Positions 38,175 to 51,254 of a stretch of DNA of 60,000 nucleotides are shown here, one piece after another; the first letter of the stretch is position 1, and each line of letters begins with the position of its first letter. The notes under the pieces were generated by a model. That model was given only the letters and a program-made list of their open reading frames with translations. It did not search any database and was not told the DNA's origin. The translations under genes were made by a program, and so were the position numbers. The stretch is from NCBI RefSeq assembly GCF_036321535.1, contig NC_087437.1:98644001-98704000 (forward strand). Direction: 5' to 3'. This stretch comes from Camelus dromedarius. Lineage: Eukaryota.

Positions 38175-39312
38175 TTACTCATTCACTCAATGAAGATTTA
38201 CTGAGAACTTCTCATGGGCAGAGTATTAGGCACTTAGGGATATTGAAGTGAATGACAGAGATTTAAAAAACAGAACAGAACAACAACAACAACAAAAAAA
38301 AACCTGGTCTCGTGGAGTTTATTTTCTGGTAAGAGGGAGACAGATCATATATGAATACACGTGTGCAGTGGTGAATGTGCCAGATGATAGAAAGTGCTGT
38401 GGAGAAAAATAAGGCAAGAAAGGGAGACAGGGCATGCCTATGACAGCTTTTACAGTTTCTAATAGAGTGACCAGGAAAGGGTTCATTGAAGGGCTATGTT
38501 TGAGAAAAGGCTAAAGGAAGTGAGAGGGTGACCTGCGGCTCTTTAGGAGAACATTACAGTTAGAGGGAAAAGCAAACGTGACTCCTGTGTTTGTGTGCAA
38601 GGAACATCAAAGAATAGTGAGGCTGGGGTGGACATAGCAAGGGAAGAGCTGGTCAGGAGGTCAGAGAGGCAGCAGATTGTGCCGGGCGTTATACTTTGGA
38701 CTTTGCCCTGGAGAGATGGAAAGCTTCTCAAACACTGAGCCACACCGTGATAGGACATGACGGGTGTGTTTCAAGGCTCCGTCAGCTGCCATACTGAGAA
38801 CAGACAATCGGAGGGCAGCAGCAGTGAGGGGGACCACCAAAGAATTGCAATAATCCAGGAGAGAGGTGATGGTAGCGTGAACCAGGGTGATAATTTTGGA
38901 GATAATGAGAGGTGGTCACAGTGAATGAAGGTGGAGCTGTAAGGATTTGCTGGCAGATTGGATGTGGGATAAAAGAAAAAGAAGAGCCAAAAATTACACT
39001 CAGGTTTTCAGTCTCATGTATGGAAAGGGTAGCTTCCATTAACTAAGACAGGGAAGACTAGGAGAGGAGCAAAGTTTGGGGGATGAAATTAGGAGCTGTC
39101 TTTTGAAATATCCAAGTGGGGACATCAAATAGGCCATTAGATGTGTGAATCTGAAGCTCAGGGGAAGGTCAAAGCTGGAAACATAAACTTAAGGGTCTTC
39201 AGGATATGGATGGTATTTAAAAACATGAGCATGGACTGTGTCACCATAGAGTGACTCTAGCTGGAGAAGAAGTTGTGAAGACTGGGCCCTGGGGCACTCC
39301 AAGGCCTGGAGG
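38175..39312 (-). mobile_element. L2a, antisense, about 1.1 kb
   Basis: cattcactcaatgaagatttactgag; aagtgctgtggagaaaaataaggcaag; ttgcaataatccaggagagaggtgatggtagc; gactgggccctggggcactcc. Confidence 0.88.
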
Positions 39313-39739
39313 TCCACTCAGCTTCTGCAAGTCAGTCCAGAACCAGGTTTCACAGTGGTAGACACAGTTTTCTGCTTCACAGTAAGATGTTGGTGAATCA
39401 TACGACTATGCCTGGGTCTTTGTACAACCCTAGATTAAGTGATATAAATCACAGTCCTGAACAATGAAGGGGAGGAATATTTTCAACCCCATCCCTGCTC
39501 CTGACTTAAGCAAGCCTGACCAGTCTCCTAAACTCTCAGGCCATGTCACACAAGCAATCAGGCTTTCAACACCTGCCTCCCTTCCCCCCTCCACCCCTGC
39601 CTACCCTTGGCATTAACATCACTAATCATGTTGAGTTATTTTCCATTTATATCCGTGGGAATATTTGTTCATCTTGTTTGGAAGCCTGGCTGTGTAACTA
39701 TTTTGCATCTTCTATTTTACCTATGTATCTGTGAATCAG

Positions 39740-40345
39740 AAGAGGTGTGTCAGAGAGTAAGCTTCCTACTCCATCTTGACCCCTTGTCCTCTGTCCCATC
39801 CTTTTGCGAGCATTCAGTATAGGCGGCTTTTCCCTTTTTGTTGATACTTCCCTGACATTAGGTTCCATTACATTCACTCTCCTGATTTTCTCCTGCCTCT
39901 GGCAATTTGTTTGGTCCTTTGCAAGTTCATCTTTCTCTCCCAAAATTGTAAATGTGGGAATGTTTTGGTACTTATTCCCAAGCCCCCTGTCTTTGCAATC
40001 TGCACTCTTCCCTTAGTCTGCCTCATCAGCATTTTTGGTTTAAAATACCAATTATATGCTGATGACTTCTATATTTATATCTCCCTGCCTAACTTCTCTT
40101 CTAAAATGCAGACTTATATATTTAACAGCATATACACTTGGTGACTAGAAGCATCCCAAACTTAAATAGTTCAAAATTAAAGTTTCGATCTCTTCCTTCA
40201 ATATTGTTCTTTCCCAGGGTTTCCAATTTCACCATTGACCCACTGGTTTATGCCTTGCATCTTTGACACGTCCTTCACCTTCATTCCATTGTCAGACACC
40301 ATCAAATCTTGTTAATTCCATACCCAAAATACTTGGCAAACCCAC
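39740..40345 (+). mobile_element. L2 RT-region fragment
   Basis: ggtttaaaataccaattatatgctgatgacttctatatttatatctcc contains the RT motif YADD, also seen in ORF 39911..40144. Confidence 0.8.
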
Positions 40346-41105
40346 CCTTTTGTGAAATTACTAGATAAGCCTAAGTCTGAAGTTCTGTGAAATAACAGGA
40401 AGCTAATGGAACCTCCTAGAAATTCCATGATAAGTGGGTGTCATTCAACCTTGGATGGAGCAAAATGAAGATGTTATACCTAAATCCCTTCTTTTTGAAT
40501 TACAATTATAAACATTCAAGTAAGAATGGATCTTACGGACATCTCGCCCTATTCACTGTCTTTGTAATAAAAAACGAAAGCTCAGAATTTGAATATCTCA
40601 TTAACATTCTCACAATTAGTAGTGAAAGATTTCGGACTAGCATCTCTGTCTCCTAATTCATTACTGTGTTCAGTCACAGAGTACTGTTGGCCGGAAGTCA
40701 CTTCTGGGCTCTGGGACTAATGCTTTACAAATAATGTTTTTCGATATCTGTCCTTTTCTAAAAAGTAAAACAAACTGATTTTGTAGACATTTTCATCTTT
40801 GTAGTGGTAACATGAATTTAACTTTTGTTTTAGCATAAACATGGTTTTATTTGTGAAACACCGATCTTAAAACAGACAAGCGAATTAACAAATAACCTGG
40901 CCTAAATTCAGCTCAGGTTGCAAATAATGCAATTACTGCAGTTAATGGTATTTGGATGTTTGTGCAAGGTCTAAGATTTTGGAAGGAAATTTCTGGGAAA
41001 GCAGTGGCCTTTTGCCATCTCCACCTCCCCCCTCCCTGGATTCCATCACTGCTTTCAGAACTATTCTGCTGAAAGCTTCAAAGACTTGAGATCATCATCC
41101 TTTAC

Positions 41106-41165
41106 CTGATAGGGAAGATAATCCTGTTGATGTTTCTGTACCGCGTTGTCTCCAAACCCGATCCA
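41106..41165 (-). other. Candidate 60-nt exon, host gene unidentified
   Basis: Minus strand: ttttgttgtcatattttattttaAG / 60 nt / CAG|GTAAAG. All three frames are open and three CpGs are retained. Confidence 0.3.
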
Positions 41166-41684
41166 CTTAAAATAAAATATGACAACAAAATTGTGCCTTT
41201 CAGTCTCTGAAGAATCTGATAATAGAATGAACAAAATGTAATTGAGGTTATTTGAGAAAAAGATTAAGGCAGTTGAAGACAAAATGATTTTCTTGCAGAA
41301 CAGAGTTGTGTTTGTGACTGAAAGCTCAAATTCTCCTCTCTTTACCTGAATGGAATCCTATTATTACTTTAGTTCAAGTAGGTCCTGGCAATTAAATTGC
41401 CATTGATAGAAAACTACCTGAGTGAGATCTTCTCTTATTTTTAAAGGCTAAGCATGAAATTTTAGACAAATAATACTTATTATAGAAATGGAACTAAAAA
41501 CCTTTTGTAATAAAAACAGCAAAATGAGGTCTGTTTATTTCATCTGAGGTGAAATTTGTCTGAGAATATCTTCTTAATTGACATCTAACGTCTGTACTTT
41601 GGCAAAAGAACAGTCACAGAGACAAACTGTTTAAATTGCCAAATATCTAATTTTGACGGCATGTTTTAAAATTATATGGTATGT

Positions 41685-41785
41685 GTAGTCAGGGTTAAGG
41701 GTACGGCTTTTAGGTTCAGGAAGCTCTGGTTTAAAATCCTGCTTCAGTCACTTCCGCACAATATTGAGCAAATTGCTCAAAATAT
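41685..41785 (+). mobile_element. MIR fragment
   Basis: gggttaagggtacggcttttagg...tggtttaaaatcctgcttcagtcacttcc...ttgagcaaattgctcaa. Confidence 0.65.
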
Positions 41786-41887
41786 AGTTACAAACGCCTA
41801 GCGTCCCACCACACTAAACCACTTGGCGTTATCTGAGGTCATCACACTTCATCAGTGTCCACGCTGCTGCACCAGATGACTCCTTTC

Positions 41888-42341
41888 TGCCAACTGAAAA
41901 ACTACTGCTCAACCAAGAGGTTGAAAATTATGTTTTATTTGGTGGACTTTCTGAAGACTTCAAGCCCAGGGGCAGCCTCTCAGATAACTCTGAGGGATTG
42001 CTCCGAAGAGGTAAGGAAGGAGCCAGGGTACATAGGCGTTTTTGCAACAAAAACCAAGTCATCATAAAATCAAAAGTTTACTTATTGCTAATTAAAAAAA
42101 AACCCCAGACATCTCAAGTTGATGAAATTAGCACTTTTCCTTGTATGGGAAGATGCAAGATTCTGGGCTTATTAAACTCATCCCTTTGATATGCATCTTA
42201 ACTACCTAGGGCCAGCATCCTGTTTTTCTCCATCCTGAATCCTCTCAGGGTACACAGCTGGCAGTGGCTGCAGTGGCTGATGGCTTGATGACTGCAGCAT
42301 CCTTTGTTTACTGATATGGCAGATGATGTTTTTCATCCACA
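41888..42341 (-). mobile_element. ERV1 solo LTR, MER41-like (artiodactyl type)
   Basis: TG...CA termini with a perfect 4-bp TSD tttc (41884-41887 and 42342-42345). Motifs gcagcctctcagataactctgaggga and tgtatgggaagatgcaag. tttatt is a minus-strand polyA signal. Confidence 0.85.
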
Positions 42342-42345
42342 TTTC

Positions 42346-42645
42346 TCACTCTTCTGAATGCCTTCATGACCTTTACCCCTTCATTGTCTAGCAAACTGCT
42401 CATCTGTCAAGATCCAGTTCATGTATTATCTCTTTCAGGCGTTCTCTCTGACCCACTACAGTTGCAGTTTTGACCTGGCACACCTCCGTCTTAAGCCTTC
42501 TTGAACTCCCTCGATTCACTGTTTCATTGCCTTGTCTGTGAACTCCTTCAAAGCAAGGATCTTCACATGTATTTTTGTGTTTTCAGTACCTAGCATAAGG
42601 TGTGGCCCACAGTAAGCATGTAATATATTTTGGTAAATTGACAAA
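42346..42645 (+). mobile_element. L2 3' end
   Basis: ctgtgaactccttcaaagcaaggatc...tcagtacctagcataaggtgtggcccacagtaagcatgtaatatatttt. Confidence 0.75.
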
Positions 42646-42914
42646 AGAAAATTGGAAGTGGAGTGGAGCCAGAGAAGTTAATGAAAAATTTAAAGTTAGA
42701 AAGCTCTTAATCTCTACTGGGTGCTGATAAATGCCTATGGGTCCCTGGTCACCTATACTCAGCAAGTATTAGAAAAATAAGGCAAAGAAGAAATAATGCA
42801 AGTTGCAGGATACTCCTTTCTGTTCATATTCTGGTCCTTTGCCTGGAAAAGCCTGCAGTAGCTATCCAACCCCTCCTTTGAGATTAACTCTCAGGCCTAT
42901 TTTACAATTAGCTT

Positions 42915-43492
42915 TTTTTTTCAATATTAAAAAAAATTTTATTGAAGTATAGTTGATTTACAATTTTGTGTTAGTTTCAAGTACATAGCAAAGTGATTCA
43001 GACATATATATATATATTCTTTTCCAGATTCTTTTCCATTATAGCTTATTACAAGAAACTGAATATAGTTCCCTGTGTTATACAGTATGTTCTTGTTATT
43101 TATCTGTTTTATATATAGTAGTGTGTATCCATTGATTCCAAATTCCTAATTTATCCCTCCCCGTGCTTTCCCCTTTGGTAACTGTAAGTTTGTTTTCTAT
43201 GCCTGCAAGTCTATTTCTGTTTCGTAAATAAGTTCATTTGTATTGTTTTTAAGATTTCACATATAAGTGATATCATATTATACTTGCCTTTGTCTGACTT
43301 ACTTCACTTAGTATGATAATCTCTAGGTCCATCCATGTTGCTGCAAATGGCATTATTTCATTCTTTTTCATAACTAAGTAATATTCCACTGTATATGAGC
43401 CATGTCTTCTTTATCCATCTGTTCATGGACATTTAGGTTGCTTTTATGTCTTGGCTATCATAAATTGTGCTGCTATAAATGTTGGGATGTGG
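42915..43492 (-). mobile_element. Cetartiodactyl L1 3' end, antisense
   Basis: tttattgaagtatagttgatttacaat; tctgacttacttcacttagtatgataatctctaggtccatccatgttgctgcaaatggcattatttcattctttt. Confidence 0.92.
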
Positions 43493-44486
43493 TCAGCTTC
43501 TTTTCTTTTTCCAGCCATGCCTTAGAGTAACATGAAAAAAGTAATGTGGAAAAAAAAAATCAGACACTTCAACTCTATTCTTTCCTCCTCTTTTTCACCA
43601 TAAGCCACTGGAAAATGTTACCTCTCTACAAGTAGTAGCACTAAATAACCAGATACCTGACTCCAAAATCAGATCTAATTCTAATCACTGTGTAAAGGTC
43701 TAAACCTAATCATTATATAAAGAAGCAAAGAATTTCTGAGACCAGTTTAACTGGGCATATAAAGGGTCTGTGAAGAGAAAGCAAGTATCAGCCATCAACT
43801 GTTCTGTCTCAGACAACAAAGATGTTTCTGGCTGCTCCTTAGCTGCAGACCACCTCACAGCCCTGTGAAACGATACATGCTAATGAGGAGACTTTGGTGG
43901 AACTGCTATCTCTATTAAAAAATGCCTGAGGTAAAGTTACTTACCAAGGGTTTCCTACACTTTAGCCCTTGGGAAATTATTTTTTAAAAGTTAAGTAAGA
44001 TAAAGTAGATTGAAGGAAATCACTGTTTTAAAATGTAAATGGGTGACATTTAGCATCTGCATTTTTTTAATGAGTGAGAATTATGTTTCACAATGTTCTG
44101 TTAATGCTGTTATGCAGATTAGCACAGACCTAGGGACTGAAAGAAATAAGGCATAGCCTGAAGAAATGAACCAGAAACCAATTAAAAAACAAACTGTCAG
44201 AATTAAGCTATGAAGCCCACTGCCCCCAAACTAGTCCTTATTAGAAATGAGAGGTGCAGGTTGAACGCGTTCTTCAAGATGATACATTTTTTAACTTGAC
44301 TATAAGATATTTATTGAGTAAGATAAGCCTAATTTTAGAGTAAACTCAAAGTGCTGATATCTCAGTATTAGGATAAAGCAATAAATAATATCAAAACTAT
44401 AAAGTACCCCTGATCTTCTGATGTGTTCACTAACTTTTAGAGGCTGGAATTTTATGTCTAATTTTATTCTTAAAGTTATCAGTTAG

Positions 44487-44773
44487 AAACAGACTCACAA
44501 ACATAGTAAACAATCTTATGGTTACCAGGAAGAGGGGGTGAGAAGTGACAAATTTGGGAGTTTGAGATTTGCAAATGTTAACCACTGTATATAAAAATAG
44601 ATTAAAAAACAAATTTCTTCTGTATAACACAGGGAACTAGATTCAATGTCTTATAATAACCTTTAATGAAAAGAATACAAAAATGAATATATGTATGTCT
44701 ATGAATGATCAGGAGGTTATGCTATACACCAGAAACTGACACATTGTAATTAACTATACATCAATTTTAAAAA
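44487..44773 (+). mobile_element. L1 3'UTR fragment, same subfamily as 25402-25958
   Basis: agactcacaaacatagtaaacaatcttat is shared with the copy near 25670. Degenerate 15-bp TSD aaagttatcagttag (44472-44486) and aaagtaatcaattag (44774-44788). Confidence 0.9.
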
Positions 44774-44965
44774 AAAGTAATCAATTAGGACATGGAACCA
44801 TGTACTTCAATAAAATTATGCTTTCCTCCCTGTCTTCTGCTTCCCATTTTCCAATTAGTGAAGCCATTATCTACTTGTCCTGTGGCTTTATTTGAAAACA
44901 TGGTTAGGAGGGATGTTTTCTGGGCTGCACAGCTATGAAAAGGCTCTTTTCACTAGTCCTGGGAT

Positions 44966-45431
44966 TGTAACCAAGCAGGATCCCATGGGACCTTCCTTGG
45001 ACAAACTCCTTCCCCCATGTCCTCTGCTGTGGCTCCTCTCTGAAGTACCTGATACTAGTATCTGTTGCGCATTTCCTGAGCTGTTTTATAGATGTTAAAA
45101 CCCGCACCAAATGGAAGACTTCACTTGATGACCATGAGCACATAGCCCACAGGCCTACTTGCCCATGAAGCCTTATTAACTTAACCATCAATCAGCCAGA
45201 GAATTGTGCACCAGCTGATCACACTCCTTGAAACTCCCCTCCTTCTCCAGGCCTTTAAAAATGCTTTCCTGAAACTCATTGGGGAATTCAGGTGTTTTGA
45301 GCTCTAGCTGCCCTGGACTGCTTGCTTGGTGCTCTGCAATAAAACACTGCACTTTCCTTCACCACAACCTGGTGTCAGTAGGTTGGCTTTACTGCCCAAG
45401 GTTAAGAGGACCCAAGTTTGGTTAGGTAACA
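44966..45431 (+). mobile_element. ERV1 solo LTR
   Basis: tgtaacc...ggtaaca termini, a TATA-like tttaaaaa, an aataaa near the 3' end and a 4-bp near-TSD ggat/gaat. Confidence 0.8.
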
Positions 45432-45749
45432 GAATATTCTGAAAGATGCCAGCTACAAACACAGTTTACAAAAGCTGAGAGATCTTTTGATCAAATTGGG
45501 CATATCCAATCCAAGGTAAAAGCACAGGAGGGCTTTAAAGGCAATTTTCTTCTGAGATTTCAAAAGCGTTGGGGCATATACTTAAAGGCAGGGAGGAGAA
45601 TAAAGCAGTCGTCCTTCCACCTGACTTGCTCGGTACTGTGGAGTACATCAGAGAAACCGGACATGCTTATTCTGCAGAAGAGCTGGTTTGTGGGAACACG
45701 ATGCTGTCTTCAACTATTTGTAGGATCGTGTAGTGGAAAAGAGAGTAGA

Positions 45750-45960
45750 CCTTCTACTGTGGACCTGAGCGCTAAAACAGATGGTGCAGAAGTTACCAGG
45801 AGACAGAGTTCTGCTCGTTCTAAAGGAGACTTTCTTACCAGCCTGAGATGTCATTTCCTTGGAGATAGTGGCCTCATCATTACGGGATATAATCAAGTGT
45901 AGTCTAAACAGACATTTATTGGGTATTTAGAAAGGGAAATTCATATCCTATGGGGGCAGG
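45750..45960 (+). mobile_element. CR1/L3 3' remnant
   Basis: aggagactttcttacc...ccttggagatagtggcctcatcattacgggatataatcaagtgtagtctaaacagacatt resembles the L3 3' end. Confidence 0.55.
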
Positions 45961-46109
45961 GAGGGTTATTCTATTGCTGATTTTTGAGACTTTTTTCCTA
46001 ACCATGATCATCTCTATTTCTTTGAAGAGTAAAGTGCTATGCAGAGCTCTGCTTCTAGCCAGGATGGATTAACTAGTACAGAACCAGCCCTTTTGATATA
46101 AAGAATTAA

Positions 46110-47050
46110 GGGTAGAAAAAATATGAAACAATTGTATTTAGACTTTGGACAAAAAATAGATATATTGCAAGACTGTGGTCTCTGAAAGAAGGGAAACAAA
46201 TGAGATGAGCCCTATAATTTCCCCACATTTCTTCTTGGAGGCCCTTTCTGGGCTGCGGTGCATGAAAGGGGGACACATTGCAGAACACAGTGGTTTCCTT
46301 GAATGGAAGAAACATGGATCAGAACTTGGGGAGAATTAGGCAACTAGAATCTGTGTGGCTGAGCAGGGAAAGCATGGACTACTAAATATAGTGCTGAGAA
46401 AAACTGGTTATTCTTACAGAAAAACATTAAATTTTATGCCGACCCCCACACCATGCAAAAAAACCAATTCCAAATAAATTAAAACTTAAAACCAAAAAGA
46501 AGTACTGTAAAATCTCACAAGAAAATATTGGAGGTTATCTTTAAGAACTTCAGAAAGGGATTTTTTAAACAAGCTACAAACAAGCACAAATCATGAAAGA
46601 AAAGATTGATACTATACATACACTAAAGTGTACTTTGGTTGATTATAAAATATGATTTAAAAATTAAAATGGAAAGCAAAAGCAAACAGAAAATACTCCC
46701 AATGGATATATTCAACAGAGGATTAACATCATGAATATTTAAAGAATTCCTATAATTAATAAGGCAAATACAAGGAAATACGTAAACAAGCAGTTTGCAG
46801 AAATGGAAGATGTCATTCCCAAGAAAATACAAAAAAGACATAAAAAAAGAAAATTCACAATGAGAATCCATTCTACAGCCATCAGGTGGACAAAAACTAC
46901 AGACTTTTATAAAAATATGATTCACTTGAAACTCTCTTTGGCTGCTGGTAGGATTATAAATTACTAAATCCACTTTAGGAGAAAGATTTAGTGATCGCTA
47001 TTAAATTTGAAAATGTTTTGTAAAATTATACTATAGCCACAAAAATGAAT
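46110..47050 (+). mobile_element. Old L1 fragments (5' region piece plus ORF2 3' piece)
   Basis: ctctgaaagaagggaaacaaatgagatgagccctataat resembles the L1M 5' region. gtgctgagaaaaactggttattc and aattccaaataaattaaaacttaaa resemble ORF2. Confidence 0.65.
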
Positions 47051-49315
47051 CTTCTTAGAAGAAATATACTTAAAATAAAAAGTGAAAGGACAACTTGTAC
47101 TAAAAAGGAACAAAATTTTTTGTTGAAACAAAAAATAAAACAGTAAGGTAACTTTAATTTGGGGAAAATGTGAATCATCTAATTACCTTGACAATAATAA
47201 CAGTACACAATGAAACTACACTGGAGAGAAATTACTATTTGCCCTATTTGCCAAAAATGTAGATCAAATTTGTAGAGCAAAATCTATTTAAAAAACAAGG
47301 AGAAATTTAGAGAAATAGATTTTTTTTTCCATTGGGAAACATTAAAAAAGACTAGTAAATTTCATCAATTCAAATACAAAGAGACTGACAAGGATAATTT
47401 GACTAGCAGAATTACTAAGCATTTGTTCATAGACATATTGACATTTCTACTTTAAAAACTGAGCTTTCTTTTCCAACATTTATAGAAATTCTACCAAATT
47501 TAATCATGTATCATATCTCAGAGAAAATGTCATTTAAATTCTAAATATAAATGAGGAGGATCGAAGATAAAACTAACACAAACGACATTCAGCTTTGGCA
47601 ACCAGATATGAAATTTAGTGACTTACATATGCATAGAAAGTAAACAATTAGAAGTTGCCATGAAAAAATCTCTGTTACATTCTTCCCCTCTCTCCCAAAA
47701 TCTAAGAGGAAACTTTATAAGAAATCGGCAAAACATATATGATGAGAACTTGAAAGCACTTCTGATAAAGATAAAGACTTAAAGAAATAGAAGGAGATAT
47801 CTGTTATTGCATAAAATAATTCAACATCATAAAGATTTTCCTCAACTCAATATATAAATTTAATGCAATTCTTATACAAATAATAAGATTTTTTTCACAG
47901 ATCAAAATAAGTTGTTTTGGAGATCATATGAAAAAATAAACATGCAAGAATAGCTTGGAAATCCCTGGAAAAGAAGAATATGGGAGAACTAGCCCCACCA
48001 GGTATTAAAATATACTATTAAGCCTTGATTTAAAAAGTGTGATACTGGGCCACAAATAGATATGCCAATGAAACCTAGTAGAAAGCCTAGGAATAAAGCC
48101 AAGTGCATATGAAAATTTCATATAAGTAATAGCTCAAAAAACTGGGGAAAACATGGACATTTTATAAATTTGGGACAGCTGGATAACCATTTGGAAAAAA
48201 GATAAAATTAGATTTATATCTCACACAATGCACCAGAAAAAAATTCCAAAGGAATCTGAAATGTAAGTGTAAAAAATGAGACCGTATGATTATTAGCAGA
48301 AAACATGAGTGAATTTTCTGTAATCTTAGAGTAAAGAAAGCCTTTTAAACTAAATTCGAAGTCCAGTTACAATAAAAGACTAGTAAATTTTACTAAATAG
48401 AAACAAATTGCACAACAAAGAAACCGTAAGTAAAATCTAAAGAAAATTACACTGTGTAAAAATATCTGAAATGTTCTGGATAAAAGGCTGATTTCCTTAA
48501 TACAGAATTCTGTACTATCAAAGGGAGAAAAATATCAAAATCAAATAGAAGAAATGGGCAAAACAACGAATATACAATTTCATAAAAGATTTACATCTGG
48601 TATATAAATATAAGAAAAGTACACAGCTCCACTCATAATAAGAGAAATGCTAATTCAATTTACTGTGTGATATGACTTAACTATCAGACTATCAAAAATT
48701 TAAAAAACCTAACAACCCATTCTGCTGGTGTGGCAATTCGGAGAAATAGGCACTCACAAATTGCTGATGGTAGTGCAAAATGGTTCAATCCCACTGGGAG
48801 GGAATTTGGCAATGTCTGACAAAACTACATGTTCATTTACCCTTTGACCCTTTGATGTAGCAATCCCACTTCTAGGAATTTGCCTGAAGATACACTCCCA
48901 CAGATACAAACCAAAGTTATATATGCATCATTAGATAGAATAGCAATTTACAGAAAGTAACCCAAATAGCCATTCATTCATGAGACACTGAATAATTTAT
49001 AGTATAATCATAAAATGAAGTACTGTGAAACCACGAGGACAGACACAGAGAGAGACAAAGACAGAGACAGAGACAGAAAGAGAAATTGACATGAAGTGAT
49101 TTCAAAGATATGTGGACAAAAAAGCAAAGTACAGGGGAAATACACCTCCTTCATTTCAAGAAAGAAAAGACAATAAGAATACATGTATCTGCTTATTTTT
49201 GCTAAAAGGAGCACAGAAAGGATAAACCATAAATTAATGAAAATGAGTGTGGACACAGGGGAAAGGAGACAGGGACACAGATGTGGAGAAGACCATACAT
49301 AGAGCAAGAGGTTGA
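47050..49315 (+). mobile_element. L1MC4/5-like ORF2 and 3'UTR remnant
   Basis: A-rich. gggagaactagccccaccaggtattaaaatatactat; gcaatcccacttctaggaattt; gcacagaaaggataaaccataaattaatgaaaatg. Confidence 0.8.
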
Positions 49316-50109
49316 TATTCACCAAGGAACAAGCCAGTCCTTGTTTGCTGTTTTGTTTATTTTTTTTCCCTAACACTTCTTGTTTATTTGCTATTTTCTG
49401 ACTGTGATTCTCAAATTGCTACTTAACTAGGTTCCTGATTCCTGACCTAACTGCCCACACAGCAAAGGATACATTTCTTTTTATTTGGACTTTAAAAATA
49501 CAGTTGTGACTTTTTTCCCCCAAGGTGAATTATACTGCAAGGTTACCAAATCAATTTTCTCCTTTACTTTCAGCTCTTCTTCCTGCAGGTTTATATGTGT
49601 TGAGAAACAGACTTTCTCCTGTTGCAAAGGGAAGAAACCTAAAATAGATTTTAGTGAAACCTAGTTAAGCTGAGGTGGGGGGAGAGGCAGGGAGCACCTA
49701 TAATTTTTTATTGGGTAGTGATAAGATGCTAATACTAAATCGTTGAGCTAGGGAGGAGACAACAAATCTAATTTTCTTTTTTCCTATGAATATTCTGTGC
49801 GTATTTCCACATGGGTAAAATGCATCTGAAGAATGATGAGCAAATTCAGATATTTACCTGTAATCTCAAGAATTTTTGCTAACTGCTTAAATTCTGCAGG
49901 GGTGTTGACTATGGGAAACAGTTGGTGTGGTAGGAAGTAACCTATGGGAAAAATAAAATTGCATGCAGGGATAGGGCCTGAATGAAGGAGTCTTGACAAA
50001 CTGTCCTCAGCCAGAAAAGGGCTACCAGTAGCTCACCTGGTTAGCAGGTCCTTAGTGAGATCATATTTCTCTACCAAAGAACACCCCGTGGAAGGAAAAA
50101 ATGATGGTT

Positions 50110-50640
50110 CCTTAAGCCCTTTGATAAATCCAAAGCCCACGAAGTCCTGCATGACCCGGCTCTGCTCCCATCTCTGACACCATCTGGTACCACCCTTCCC
50201 CTGTGTTCTACTGTGAATTTTTTCTCTAACACGTCGCACTCATCACTACCTGAGGCCTGAGCAGTGCCATTTCCTCTACCTGAGATGTTCTTTCCACACA
50301 TCTTGATATGATTGGAGGCTTCTTCCAATTTGAGTTGCAGCTCAAAAAGCTTCACCTTAGAAGCCACCCACTCCACCTCCAGTCATCACACGAATCCATT
50401 ATTTTTTTCAGATTTGTTATAAATCTATTGAAATTTGTAATTAACCTTATTGATACATTTCTTTACTTGTCTGTCTTGTGTCTAGCCTTATTAGATGTCA
50501 ACTCTGTGAGTGTGAAATCCAGATCTGTCTTGTTCACTGTTGGCCAATATGCCAGCTTCCAGAACAGCACAAAATTGTCCCAGCTCACAGCAAGCGGCGG
50601 GTGCTCGGGAAATTCTTGTTGCATGGGTAACCGAATGCAT
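50110..50640 (+). mobile_element. L2a 3' fragment
   Basis: gataaatccaaagcccac...tacctgaggcctgagcagtgccatttcctctacctgagatgttcttt...tctgtcttgttcactgtt. Confidence 0.75.
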
Positions 50641-50668
50641 CACAAAATGCCAGTCTTTTAAAAAGGGT

Positions 50669-51131
50669 ACTGGTACACAGAATTAAAGACTCACACAATA
50701 TGTCTGTGTCCTAATCCCTGGAACCTGTGAATCTGTTATTTTATGTGACAAAAGGGACTTGGCAGGTGCAATTAAAGACTTTAAGGGAGATTATCCTGGG
50801 TTATCCAGGAGAGCTCAGGGTAATCACAGAGGTTCTTATAAGAGAAAGCCAGGGGAGTCCGACCTAGAGAGAGATTAGAAGATGCCACACTGCAGGCTTT
50901 AGGAGCACCCACGGGCCAAGGGATGCAAGCGACTTACAGATGGGAAAAGGCCAGGGGGTGGATTCTTTCCTAGAGCCGCCAGAAGGAATGCAGCCCTGGT
51001 GACACTCTCATCTAGCCCAGTGACACCTGTGTCAGACTTCTAACCTCCAAAACTACATGATAATAACTTTATGCTGTTTTAATACACCAAATATATGTTC
51101 ATATGTTATAGCAACAATGGGACACTAGTCA
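50669..51131 (+). mobile_element. MLT1D (MaLR) solo LTR
   Basis: gtcctaatccctggaacctgtgaat...gacaaaagggactt...cctagagccgccagaaggaatgcagccctg...gttatagcaacaatgggacactagtca. Near-TSD agggt/agggc. Confidence 0.9.
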
Positions 51132-51182
51132 AGGGCTAAGTTGGCTCTGCCCAGTGTATTAGTACCATATCACATTGGTATG

Positions 51183-51218
51183 TCTGTTACTTAGAGTTCT
51201 CCAGAAAGACAGAATAGG

Positions 51219-51254
<36 letters not shown>

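Noticed and set aside
39911..40144. YADD motif suggesting a reverse-transcriptase system (retron or DGR)
   Set aside because: It lies in a decayed L2 LINE fragment with no intact RT ORF.
25670..44773. Dispersed similar segments (25670-25940 and 44487-44773; also the two MLT1D copies) as a duplication or a proviral LTR pair
   Set aside because: Each copy has its own TSD, so they are independent insertions, and no retroviral internal sequence lies between them.
45663..45902. 79-aa ATG-initiated ORF as a gene
   Set aside because: Its 3' half overlaps a CR1/L3-like remnant, and there are no convincing splice signals or recognisable domain.
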